From: SAR202 cluster bacterium
GTDB taxonomy: Bacteria; Chloroflexota; Dehalococcoidia; Lucifugimonadales; UBA6952
Direction: 5' to 3'
Assembly (NCBI GenBank): GCA_009392515.1
Contig: VFGE01000026.1
Coordinates: forward strand, 2,322-66,321
DNA: 64,000 bases
Numbering within the stretch: position 1 is the stretch's first letter; the number at the start of each line of letters is the position of its first letter. Below the pieces are notes generated by a model that saw only the letters and a program-made list of their open reading frames with translations, did not search any database and was not told the DNA's origin. The translations under genes and the position numbers were made by a program. This document shows positions 38,958-48,383 of this stretch, piece after piece.

Positions 38958-40802
38958 ATGTGTGGAATAGTTGGATATTTAGGATATAGGAATGCTCAAG
39001 ACGTAATATTATCGAGTTTACAGAAACTCGAATATCGTGGTTATGATAGTTGTGGATTGGCTATTTTGAACTCTGAAAATACAATCGAATATATGAAAAC
39101 CGCAGGAAAAATTAATGATTTAAAAGAAATGTTAATTGAAAATAGAATACCAGGAAACTTTGGTATAGGTCATACTCGTTGGGCAACACATGGGAAACCA
39201 GATGATAGAAATGCTCATCCTCATAGCGATGGAGACTCATCAGTATGGATTGTCCATAATGGAATAATTGAAAATTACCAGGAATTAAAAAATGAATTAC
39301 AGTCCAAAGGATATAAATTTAAGTCTGAGACTGACAGTGAAATAATAGCTTTTTTGATTTCTGATTTATTAAAACAAGAATATTCTTTTATTGAATCAGT
39401 AGAAAAGACAGCACAAATGATAACAGGATCTCATTCAGTTTTAGCCATGGCCGATAAAGATATGCGAAAAGTAATAGGTTTCAGAAAAGGCCATGCTGGT
39501 GGATTAGTTGTTGGCTATGGAAATGATGAGATGTTTGTAGCAAGCGATATGTCTGCAATAGGTGAATACACTAATAAATTAGTATATCTAGAAACAGACC
39601 AATTGGTGATCTTAGATGATAATTCGGCCTCATATAAGGATATTGGTGGTGGATATTTTGAACCAGATCATAGTTTTATTGAGGTTCCAGATACTCATTT
39701 TAGTAAAGATGATTTTGATCACTATATGATAAAAGAAATAATAGAACAACCAAGAAGTATTTATAACAGTTTAAGTAATAAGATAATATTCAATGATGAC
39801 AAAATAGAATTCGAAGACTTTATTTTGCCAAATAACTTTACAAAAGACATCAACAGGATAATTTTGACTGGTATGGGTACTAGTCTTTATGCATGTGAGA
39901 TTGGTCAATACTACATTGAAAGCTTGGCAAACATTCCATGTCAAACTGAGGATGCTTCTGAATTAAGATATAAAGATAGTCCAATTGATGAAAACACATT
40001 GCTTATTTCGGTTACTCAATCTGGTGAAACTGCAGATACATTGGGAGCAATGTCTTTATTTCAAACTAAAGGTTGTAAACAAATACTAATTTCAAATTCT
40101 ATCGGCTCTGCAGCAAGTAGGATTGCAGATATTGAAATAAATATCAATTCAGGAATTGAAATTGGTGTTGCTAGTACAAAGTCATTTACAGGATCAATTT
40201 TATCTTTATTATTTCTAGCGATTAAATTGGGTGCTGATAAAGGTACTTTACCAATACCTGAAGCTGAATCTTTAATACTCGACTCTACAAAATTACCAGA
40301 TCTGATGAATCAAGTGGTAGAAATGAATCCTCAAATAGAAATGATGGCTAAAAAATACTCAAAATATAATCATTTTCTATATTTAGGGCGAGGATTTAAT
40401 AAACCTGTTGCATTTGAAGGTGCACTTAAACTAAAAGAAGTAAGCTACATTCATGCTGAAGGATATTCGGCAGGACAAATGAAACATGGCCCGATTGCTT
40501 TAGTTGATAATAATATTCCAGTTATAGCTATGGCACTAACAGATAATTACTACGAAAAAATGAGAAACACTATTCAAGAAATTAAGGCAAGAAGCGGAAT
40601 TTTAATTGGACTTGTAACTAAAGGGAATTACGATTTAGATGGATTAATAGATGATGTTATAGAGATACCAGAATGTCCTAAATATTTAACACCTTTCTTA
40701 ACAATAATACCATTACAATTATTTTCTTATTATATTGCCTTCGAATTAGGTTATGACGTGGATCAACCACGTAATTTAGCTAAAACGGTTACTGTGGAAT
40801 AA
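38958..40802 (+). CDS. glmS: glutamine--fructose-6-phosphate aminotransferase
   Basis: 614-aa ORF with the N-terminal nucleophile MCGIVGY, two SIS domains, and a C-terminal KTVTVE. Confidence 0.95.
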   Translation: MCGIVGYLGYRNAQDVILSSLQKLEYRGYDSCGLAILNSENTIEYMKTAGKINDLKEMLIENRIPGNFGIGHTRWATHGKPDDRNAHPHSDGDSSVWIVHNGIIENYQELKNELQSKGYKFKSETDSEIIAFLISDLLKQEYSFIESVEKTAQMITGSHSVLAMADKDMRKVIGFRKGHAGGLVVGYGNDEMFVASDMSAIGEYTNKLVYLETDQLVILDDNSASYKDIGGGYFEPDHSFIEVPDTHFSKDDFDHYMIKEIIEQPRSIYNSLSNKIIFNDDKIEFEDFILPNNFTKDINRIILTGMGTSLYACEIGQYYIESLANIPCQTEDASELRYKDSPIDENTLLISVTQSGETADTLGAMSLFQTKGCKQILISNSIGSAASRIADIEININSGIEIGVASTKSFTGSILSLLFLAIKLGADKGTLPIPEAESLILDSTKLPDLMNQVVEMNPQIEMMAKKYSKYNHFLYLGRGFNKPVAFEGALKLKEVSYIHAEGYSAGQMKHGPIALVDNNIPVIAMALTDNYYEKMRNTIQEIKARSGILIGLVTKGNYDLDGLIDDVIEIPECPKYLTPFLTIIPLQLFSYYIAFELGYDVDQPRNLAKTVTVE

Positions 40803-40803
40803 T

Positions 40804-41970
40804 ATGGATTTTACTTATAGTGAAACTCAAAAATCTATTATTGAATCTATCAAGTTATTAATGAATGACTTTGGTGATGATTATTGGCGAACGTGTGATA
40901 AAGAAGGTACGTTCCCGCATCAGTTTTATGATGCGGTTGCTAAAGGTGGTTGGCTTGGTATTGCTATGCCCCAGCAATACGGTGGGTCAAATCTTGGTAT
41001 AAGCGAAGCATCAGTTTTGATGCAAACAATAAGTGAATCAGGCGGTGGTATGTCGGCAGCTTCAAGTATTCATATGAATATTTTTGGACCACATCCTATT
41101 GTTGTACATGGCACTGAAGAACAAAGATCTCGTTGGTTACCACCTTTGATACAAGGGAAAGAAAAATGTTGTTTTGGGGTAACTGAACCAGACGCAGGGC
41201 TTGATACAGGGAGCATTGCTACAAAAGCCGAGAAAACCGAAGGTGGTTATATAATTACTGGACAAAAAATCTGGACATCTACTGCTCAAATTGCCGATAA
41301 AATTATGATATTAGTTAGAACTACTCCAAAAGAAGAATGTGAAAAAAATATTGATGGACTAACTTTATTTTACACTGATTTTGATAGATCAAAAATTGAA
41401 GTTATTGAAATCGATAAAATGGGGAGAGCTGCGGTAGATAGTAATCAAATATTTATCGATGGTTTAGAAGTCCCTGAAGATGACCGTATAGGTGAAGAAA
41501 ATAAGGGATTTTATTATTTATTAGATAGCCTCAATCCTGAAAGAATATTAATTGCAGCAGAAGCTTTAGGTATAGGAAGAAGCGCTTTAAATAGAGCAGT
41601 GGATTATGCTAATAATCGTATTATTTTCGATCGTCCAATAGGCAAAAATCAAAGTATACAGCACCCTCTTGCTGAAAACTGGGTCGAATTAGAAGCAGCA
41701 GAATTGTTAATTTTAAAAGCAGCATTTCAATATGATAATGGTGAAAATTCTGGGGGACTTGCTAACGCTGCAAAATACTTCGCTGCAGAAGCAGCGTTTA
41801 AAGCTGCAAATCAAGCAGTTATGACCTTAGGTGGCATGGGATATGCAAAAGATTTTCATGTTGAAAGATTATTACGTGAATCAATGATTCCGCGGTTAGC
41901 ACCAGTTAGTGCGCAAATGGTATTAAATTATATTTCAGAACGTATACTTGGATTACCTAAATCCTATTGA
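40804..41970 (+). CDS. acyl-CoA dehydrogenase
   Basis: 388-aa ORF with CFGVTEPDAGLD, QKIWTSTA and GGMGYAKDFHVERLLRE. Confidence 0.9.
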   Translation: MDFTYSETQKSIIESIKLLMNDFGDDYWRTCDKEGTFPHQFYDAVAKGGWLGIAMPQQYGGSNLGISEASVLMQTISESGGGMSAASSIHMNIFGPHPIVVHGTEEQRSRWLPPLIQGKEKCCFGVTEPDAGLDTGSIATKAEKTEGGYIITGQKIWTSTAQIADKIMILVRTTPKEECEKNIDGLTLFYTDFDRSKIEVIEIDKMGRAAVDSNQIFIDGLEVPEDDRIGEENKGFYYLLDSLNPERILIAAEALGIGRSALNRAVDYANNRIIFDRPIGKNQSIQHPLAENWVELEAAELLILKAAFQYDNGENSGGLANAAKYFAAEAAFKAANQAVMTLGGMGYAKDFHVERLLRESMIPRLAPVSAQMVLNYISERILGLPKSY

Positions 41971-41984
41971 TTGGATAATTATTG

Positions 41985-43187
41985 ATGGATAACATTACAC
42001 ACGCATTGCAAGGGATTAAAGTTTTAGATCTAACGCGAGTACTCGGTGGACCTTATGCAACCCAAATTCTTGCTGATCATGGAGCCGAAGTTATTAAAGT
42101 AGAGCCTGAATTTGGTGATGAAGTAAGAGATTGGGGCCCTCCATTTAATGATAGTATTGCGGCTTATTATATTAATCTTAATCGTAATAAAAAATTAATT
42201 TCAATTGATTTGCGACAAAAACAAGGACAAGATATCATTCTCAAACTATTAGAAGACTCAGATGTCCTAATTGAAAATTTCAAAACTGGAACAATGGAAA
42301 ATTGGGGATTAGGGTTTGAGGATGTTCTAAGTAAGAAATTCCCAAAACTTATACATTGTCGTATATCTGGATTCGGATCTGATGGCCCACTTGGGGGATA
42401 TCCCGGTTACGACGTTATTATCCAGGCTATGGCGGGAATGATGTCAATTAATGGCATGCCGGATAGTGGCACGGTTCGAATTGGCTCTCCTATAGTTGAT
42501 ATGGGGACAGGGTTATACAGTACGATTGGTATACTCATGGCATTACAAGAACGTAATGTTTCAGGAAGAGGCCAGTTTATTGATATGACACTTTATGATA
42601 GTGCAATTGCACTTATGCATCCGTATAATGCCAATTATTTATTATCTGGTATCCCTGGTACTCCGACTGGAAATGATCATCCAAATATTTCCCCATATGG
42701 TAAATTTAAAACACGTACTAATGAAATTGTAATAATGATTGGAAATAATAATGGATTTGCAAAACTTTGTAATGAACTAGGTTTAGAAGAATTGCTAAGT
42801 AATCCTAAATTTATAAATAATTCAGATAGAGTTCTAAATCGAGATGAATTAAATAAATTAATTGAAAATGCTCTTAAAGATGTCGATGGGGGAGAATTTT
42901 CAGAAAAGTTATTAGCTGCAGGAATACCTGCCGGTCCAGTCAGAAATATTCAAGAAACATTAGACCATCCACATACTGAGCACAGAGGTATGAAGATTAC
43001 TGAAGGTAATTACCAAGGAATATCTTCTCCCATAAAGTTTAGTCGTTCAAAAACCGCTGGGGTGAAAATAAAACCTTCTAAAATAGGCGCAAATACCAGA
43101 CAAATTTTAACATCTATAGGATATGATGATTCTGATATAGATGAAATGATACGCTCAGGTATAGTTAGCGAAAAGAACCAAGACTAG
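41985..43187 (+). CDS. family III CoA-transferase (CaiB/BaiF family)
   Basis: N-terminus LQGIKVLDLTRVLGGPYATQILADHGAEVIKVE. I use ATG 41985; the ORF track also allows TTG at 41982. Confidence 0.88.
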   Translation: MDNITHALQGIKVLDLTRVLGGPYATQILADHGAEVIKVEPEFGDEVRDWGPPFNDSIAAYYINLNRNKKLISIDLRQKQGQDIILKLLEDSDVLIENFKTGTMENWGLGFEDVLSKKFPKLIHCRISGFGSDGPLGGYPGYDVIIQAMAGMMSINGMPDSGTVRIGSPIVDMGTGLYSTIGILMALQERNVSGRGQFIDMTLYDSAIALMHPYNANYLLSGIPGTPTGNDHPNISPYGKFKTRTNEIVIMIGNNNGFAKLCNELGLEELLSNPKFINNSDRVLNRDELNKLIENALKDVDGGEFSEKLLAAGIPAGPVRNIQETLDHPHTEHRGMKITEGNYQGISSPIKFSRSKTAGVKIKPSKIGANTRQILTSIGYDDSDIDEMIRSGIVSEKNQD

Positions 43188-43290
43188 AATAATACATAAC
43201 CATAATTTATTGGTTTTCCTCTTTATAATAGGATAGATATCAATTACAATGTATCTTGTTTAAATAACGTGTACTTTTGGGAGACGGGGA

Positions 43291-43509
43291 ATGGATCCAA
43301 ATAAAATAGGAATTTATTTCAGTTCTAATGAAAATAAAGTTGTAAGAATAACTTCACCATATTGGCTTCCTGAAGAGCCTGAATGGGTTATGGTTACAAA
43401 TGAACCTAACGCTACTTTGTTGGCTGTAAGAGATTTAATTGTAGAAAAAAGTCTGGCTTCTGATGCTTCAGATGTTACTTGGGGAAGTTTACCCTTAAAA
43501 GACGAATAA
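43291..43509 (+). CDS. hypothetical protein
   Basis: 72-aa ORF with GGGAG upstream. I recognise no family. Confidence 0.4.
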   Translation: MDPNKIGIYFSSNENKVVRITSPYWLPEEPEWVMVTNEPNATLLAVRDLIVEKSLASDASDVTWGSLPLKDE

Positions 43510-43510
43510 T

Positions 43511-43927
43511 TTATTCTTTTTTACCATAAGTATTGTATGGCGTTCCTGGTATTAATGAAAAATGCGTGTGGATTGCTAACCATACGTCGTTATACTTTTT
43601 TAGGATAACGGTTGCTCTGCCAGGCCTATCAAATCGATTACCTTCGGAATCGTATCCAATCGAACTCCAAGGGGTAATTCCCCAAGCTAATTCATTATTA
43701 CCATCGGCTATAAGCTTATCAACTAAGAAGTGGAAATTATCGATATATGGCCATATGTTTTGCCATTGTTGAGCTTGTAAATCTTTTAAATTGGTAACAA
43801 TGTCAACTTTTGTTCCGAAAGAACAAACATCGCTAGAGACAAGTTTTATTGCAGATTCAAAATCACGAGACTTGCAACATTCTCCAAATTTAATGTACCA
43901 CTGTTTTACAATTTCGTGATAATTCAT
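43511..43927 (-). CDS. NTF2/SnoaL-like fold protein (tentative)
   Basis: 138-aa ORF. Its size and pattern (an N-terminal helix region, then a W/F-rich beta region) resemble SnoaL/DUF4440-type proteins. This is a weak call. Confidence 0.45.
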   Translation of the reverse strand: MNYHEIVKQWYIKFGECCKSRDFESAIKLVSSDVCSFGTKVDIVTNLKDLQAQQWQNIWPYIDNFHFLVDKLIADGNNELAWGITPWSSIGYDSEGNRFDRPGRATVILKKYNDVWLAIHTHFSLIPGTPYNTYGKKE

Positions 43928-43946
43928 GTGTTAATTTAGTTTAATA

Positions 43947-44957
43947 TTATTCGATGCTTGAACTTTGATTTCTATTATTGATATATCCTTGTGAGATACG
44001 GTCAATAACAATTGCTAGTACCACAATTCCCAAACCTGCAATCACGGCGTCGCCTTGTTCTAATTGACCCATTGCTCTAAACACATCAGCTCCAAGGCCT
44101 CCTGCACCTACCATTGCTGCAATTGTTACCATAGCAAGAGCCATCATAACCGTTTGGTTAATCCCTGCCATTATCGTTGGTATAGCCATGGGTATTTGGA
44201 CTTTAGTTAGTAATTGCATTCGATTAGACCCAAAAGCTGTGCCTGCTTCAACAACAGCTATATCTACTTGTCTAATTCCAAGATTTGTTAAACGTATACA
44301 AGGAGGAATTGCGTATAGAACTGTTGCAAGAATAGCTGCAACATTTCCAAGCCCAAAAAACATTATTCCAGGGACGAGATATACAAAACTTGGCATAGTT
44401 TGCATGCCATCAAGTATAGGTTTAATTGCTGCATCGAATCGATTGCTACTTGCAGCTATAATACCTAGAGGGATACCAATAACTATAGAAATAAGTACAG
44501 CAATAACCATTATAGCAATAGTTACCATTGCACTTACCCACAAGTTAAAGAGTCCGAGTAAAAGTAACGCTATAGCTGACCCGATACCAACATTTCTCGA
44601 AGCTACTTTCCATCCAGCGTATAAAATAGCTAAAATTGTAAATGGCCATGGTACCCAAATTAGGAAGTCACGAATTTTACCGATCAATACTTTTGCTTGG
44701 TCACTCATCCAGTCAAACATCCACGCAAAGTTAACTACCAAAAAATCGACAAAATCATCTATAGCATTAGTTACAGGGGGACTGAAATTGACTGGAAAAT
44801 CAGTTATTTGGGTGATTTTCAACAAATGAATAACCCAAGACAGTCCCATAACAATAACAAACACTACTAGACTAATCACGTATTTTATAATATATGATTT
44901 ATCGTTTTCTTTCGATTCTTGTGTAGATAATTTTTCTTTTTCTAATGTAACACTCAT
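43947..44957 (-). CDS. glycine betaine/proline-type ABC transporter permease
   Basis: 336-aa polytopic ORF with the EAA-loop EAGTAFGSNRMQLLTKVQIPMA. Lies downstream of the ATPase gene. Confidence 0.88.
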   Translation of the reverse strand: MSVTLEKEKLSTQESKENDKSYIIKYVISLVVFVIVMGLSWVIHLLKITQITDFPVNFSPPVTNAIDDFVDFLVVNFAWMFDWMSDQAKVLIGKIRDFLIWVPWPFTILAILYAGWKVASRNVGIGSAIALLLLGLFNLWVSAMVTIAIMVIAVLISIVIGIPLGIIAASSNRFDAAIKPILDGMQTMPSFVYLVPGIMFFGLGNVAAILATVLYAIPPCIRLTNLGIRQVDIAVVEAGTAFGSNRMQLLTKVQIPMAIPTIMAGINQTVMMALAMVTIAAMVGAGGLGADVFRAMGQLEQGDAVIAGLGIVVLAIVIDRISQGYINNRNQSSSIE

Positions 44958-44979
44958 AATTGTATTGTGATTTTAATTG

Positions 44980-46020
44980 TTATTCTTCGCTATATTCTTG
45001 TCGTGCACTTTGGGCTACTAGTTCAAGAATTTTTTCTTGAGGGACTACTCCAACAAGTTCATCTTTACTATCAACTACAGGAATAGGATCTCCTGTTTCT
45101 AATACCAATGGAATCATGTCTTCAACAATGCTTTCAGGAGTCACGACATATCGTCTGTCAAATTCTTGAGATGAAGGTTTAACCATTATATTACTTACTG
45201 ATGTCACCCTTGTTTTTGGAATATCGAATGTAAACTCCTCAACAAATGAATTAGCTGGGTTAGTAACAATTTCTTCTGGAGTACCTAACTGAGTAACTTC
45301 ACCATCTCTCATGATCGCTATTCTATCACCAACAGTAATTGCTTCATCAAGATCGTGAGTAATAAAAACTATGGTTTTTTGAATGGTTTGTTGTAATTTT
45401 TTCAATTCGATTCTCATCTGTCTCCTAATCAATGGATCAAGACCACTAAAAGGTTCGTCCATGAGGAGAATGTCAGGTTCAACAGCAAGTGCTCTTGCTA
45501 TACCAACTCTTTGCTGCATACCTCCACTCAATTCTGAAGGATAGGATGATTCCCAGCCAGCAAGACCAACAAGTTCTAATACCTCTAATGCCTTTTGATT
45601 CCTAGTTTCAGTATCTATTTTTTGGACTTCTAATCCATAAGCAGCATTTTCTAGTACTGTCCTATGTGGGAAAAGGCCAAAGTGCTGGAATACCATCGCA
45701 ACGGTATGTCTTCTGAAATTTTCTAGTTCTTGATTGTTGTATTGAAGAACATCTTGATTGTTTATGAGAATGGAGCCAGAAGTTGGGTCTATTAATCTGA
45801 TTAAGGCTCTAACAAGAGTGGATTTACCACTTCCGGATAATCCCATTACTACGAATGTTTCACCGGGGTTAATTGATAAGTTGACGTTTCGGAGAGCTAC
45901 GACCTGATTAAATTCATCTTGAATTTCAGATCGGGTTTTATTTATGTTTTCGGGTTCAAAAACAATTTCTGGATCGTTTCCAAACACTTTCCATAAATTC
46001 ACTATCTCGATATTAGACAT
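44980..46020 (-). CDS. glycine betaine/proline-type ABC transporter ATP-binding protein with C-terminal CBS-like module
   Basis: 346-aa ORF with Walker A GLSGSGKST, signature LSGGMQQRVGIARAL, Walker B ILLMDEPFS, and a C-terminal extension of about 90 aa as in OpuAA/ProV. Confidence 0.9.
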   Translation of the reverse strand: MSNIEIVNLWKVFGNDPEIVFEPENINKTRSEIQDEFNQVVALRNVNLSINPGETFVVMGLSGSGKSTLVRALIRLIDPTSGSILINNQDVLQYNNQELENFRRHTVAMVFQHFGLFPHRTVLENAAYGLEVQKIDTETRNQKALEVLELVGLAGWESSYPSELSGGMQQRVGIARALAVEPDILLMDEPFSGLDPLIRRQMRIELKKLQQTIQKTIVFITHDLDEAITVGDRIAIMRDGEVTQLGTPEEIVTNPANSFVEEFTFDIPKTRVTSVSNIMVKPSSQEFDRRYVVTPESIVEDMIPLVLETGDPIPVVDSKDELVGVVPQEKILELVAQSARQEYSEE

Positions 46021-46341
46021 ACAATACTCGTTTCTTTTTAAACGGTAATTGGTAGCGGTATTAGATGAGTGATTAATAAATATAAGGAAATAATTGTGGG
46101 GTTTTGAATAATGGGAATATAATTAAAATCTATCCATAAAATTCAGATGCAAATCTATTAATATATACAAATCCAATAACTATGCGTTTTAAATGATCGC
46201 TAACCAAAATCTCCATTAAGCACAGTCTCAGCCTCCTTAATTGGTGATCACCTTAAGGGTATCTAATAAACTACACTATGTCAAACAAAATTAGCTCTTT
46301 TCAAATCTATCATGATATCTTTTTGTCAAAATAATACAAAT

Positions 46342-46373
46342 AAAAAAGAGGGGTTAAAAAACCCCTCTTTTAT
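46342..46373 (-). terminator. rho-independent terminator after the substrate-binding-protein gene
   Basis: 9-bp stem AAAGAGGGG/CCCCTCTTT with an 8-nt loop. T-runs flank it on both strands. It starts about 20 nt after the stop codon at 46394. Confidence 0.7.
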
Positions 46374-46393
46374 TAAGGCATATTGATTTTAGA

Positions 46394-47428
46394 TTATGCA
46401 GCTAAGGATTCAATAATTCTGTCTTTAGCATCTGCTGTTACCCAGCTGTGCCAAGCATCATTGTTATTGAGATACCATATAGCTGTATTTCGGTATGCTT
46501 CTTCGCTCGTAGCGGCATCATCTTTTATCTCACCATAATGACCTTCTGCAGCTAACTGGTTAGTTGCATTCCAATCCCACTTTTCTAAGAAAGCGCGAAG
46601 TTCTTCATAGCCTTCACCTTGATAATCAGAGTGTAATGCGATCAAAATCTCTGCTGTAGGGAAACCACAACCGAGAGCTGGATCATTATCTGCACACTCT
46701 GAAGGGTCAGGTTGTTCTAAGACTCTCATATCAAGTGTATTAGCGAGCTTTGTTGGTCCCCAGTAGTAGAATAATACTGGTTCCTCTTTCAAATAAGCTC
46801 CTTCAATAGCAGCATCAAGTGCACCCATTGTGCCAGGATCCCGAAGTTCTACAATGTCGGAAAGACCATAAGCTTCGATTTGTCCTTCATTAACTGCTCG
46901 GCATGCCCATTGTGCCATACAACCGTAAAGTACAGCTTTTCCTCCACTGTCAGCTTCTGCAAACAGTGCTTGAAACTCTGGTTTCTTCAGGTCTTCGACA
47001 CTTTTTAATCCAGGATTTGCATCTTGCAAATATCCAGGAATAATAAATGTGCTTTGCCAGTTATCTTCCAAACTTTTACCTGTGGAAAATACTTGTCCTT
47101 CAGCAGTTGCCTCAGCCCATGCGTCTTTTTGATTTGGTAGCCAGATTTCCATTGAAATATCAATGTCACCTTTTATCAAACCTTGGAATAATGGAACTGT
47201 AGCACCTTCTATCATATCAGTTTCATAGCCGTAGCCGTTTTCTACAATGTATCTAGCGACTCCACTTTGAACCAACGCACTATCCCAGTTGAGACCTGCA
47301 AAGACTAAAGTTTCACCTTCGCCTTCAAGTCCACTACCAGTTACATCATCAATAGCATCACAAGCTGTGAACGCAACAGTTGAAATCATCATTATGATTG
47401 TTAATATAAACTTACTTTTTACTTTCAT
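46394..47428 (-). CDS. glycine betaine-type ABC transporter substrate-binding lipoprotein
   Basis: 344-aa ORF with a signal peptide and lipobox (VAFTAC), W-rich OpuAC/ProX-like ligand-box residues, and a strong SD (AGGAGG) 5 nt upstream. Confidence 0.85.
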   Translation of the reverse strand: MKVKSKFILTIIMMISTVAFTACDAIDDVTGSGLEGEGETLVFAGLNWDSALVQSGVARYIVENGYGYETDMIEGATVPLFQGLIKGDIDISMEIWLPNQKDAWAEATAEGQVFSTGKSLEDNWQSTFIIPGYLQDANPGLKSVEDLKKPEFQALFAEADSGGKAVLYGCMAQWACRAVNEGQIEAYGLSDIVELRDPGTMGALDAAIEGAYLKEEPVLFYYWGPTKLANTLDMRVLEQPDPSECADNDPALGCGFPTAEILIALHSDYQGEGYEELRAFLEKWDWNATNQLAAEGHYGEIKDDAATSEEAYRNTAIWYLNNNDAWHSWVTADAKDRIIESLAA

Positions 47429-47554
47429 AATGACCTCCTCTCATAGGTTGCTCATTATTCCATATGAATACTCATGAGTCAACTTCATTTTGCACTTTTC
47501 GCGTCTTTTTTGGGGTCAATTTTCTTTAATTATTTTCGAATCTGAATACGGATT

Positions 47555-47590
47555 TCGTAAAAATTCAAAAAATCGTAAAAATTCAAAAAA
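47555..47590. repeat. perfect tandem duplication, 2 x 18 bp (TCGTAAAAATTCAAAAAA)
   Basis: Read directly from the sequence. The repeat sits in the 231-bp divergent intergenic region, 70 bp upstream of the response-regulator start. Confidence 0.85.
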
Positions 47591-47659
47591 TTATGAATTA
47601 TTTAAACATTTATCGAAAGTTACAAAGTAGATTATAATAAATAATATTTATGGTTTGTT

Positions 47660-48373
47660 ATGAAAAAAAATAAAATTCTGATAGTTGAAGATGAGACAAA
47701 TATAGCCGACTCGGTAAAGTTAAATTTAGAAGCCGAGGGTTATGAAGTTGAATATACTACTGATGGTCAAATGGGTTTGCATTATGCAAGAACATTAAAT
47801 CCTGATTTGATTATATTAGATATTATGCTTCCCAAACTTGATGGATTTGAAGTAAATAAAATCATTCAAAAAGAACTATCAATTCCAGTTATTTTTTTGA
47901 CAGCAAAATCAGATGAAATATCAACTGTTTTAGGACTAGAACTTGGTGCTGATGATTATATTTCAAAGCCTTTTTCAATGCGTGAATTGATTTCGAGAGT
48001 TAAAGCTGTGTTACGAAGATTGGAAAATACAAAATCTCATTCAATCTCATCACAAATAAATAATAATCCACAAAAAGGAAAATTTATTTATGATGACATC
48101 GAAATTGATATTGATGGCCGTAGAGTATTAAGAAATGGCAATTTAATTCACTTAAAACCTAAAGAATTTGAAATTTTAGTATATTTATCTTCAAATCAAG
48201 GCATGGCAATTTCTAGAGACACATTGCTAGACAAAATCTGGGGAATTGATTACTTTGGTGATAAGCGAACTGTTGATGTACATTTAAGATGGTTGAGAAA
48301 AAAAATCGAATTAGATTCACAAAAACCAAAGCATCTTATAACAGTAAGGAATGTTGGTTATCGATTCGATTAA
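47660..48373 (+). CDS. OmpR/PhoB-family response regulator
   Basis: 237-aa ORF with a receiver domain (ILIVEDE, ILDIMLPKLDG, KP) and a winged-helix output domain (RTVDVHLRWLRKKIE, ITVRNVGYRF). Confidence 0.9.
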   Translation: MKKNKILIVEDETNIADSVKLNLEAEGYEVEYTTDGQMGLHYARTLNPDLIILDIMLPKLDGFEVNKIIQKELSIPVIFLTAKSDEISTVLGLELGADDYISKPFSMRELISRVKAVLRRLENTKSHSISSQINNNPQKGKFIYDDIEIDIDGRRVLRNGNLIHLKPKEFEILVYLSSNQGMAISRDTLLDKIWGIDYFGDKRTVDVHLRWLRKKIELDSQKPKHLITVRNVGYRFD

Positions 48374-48383
48374 CTAGGGTGCT

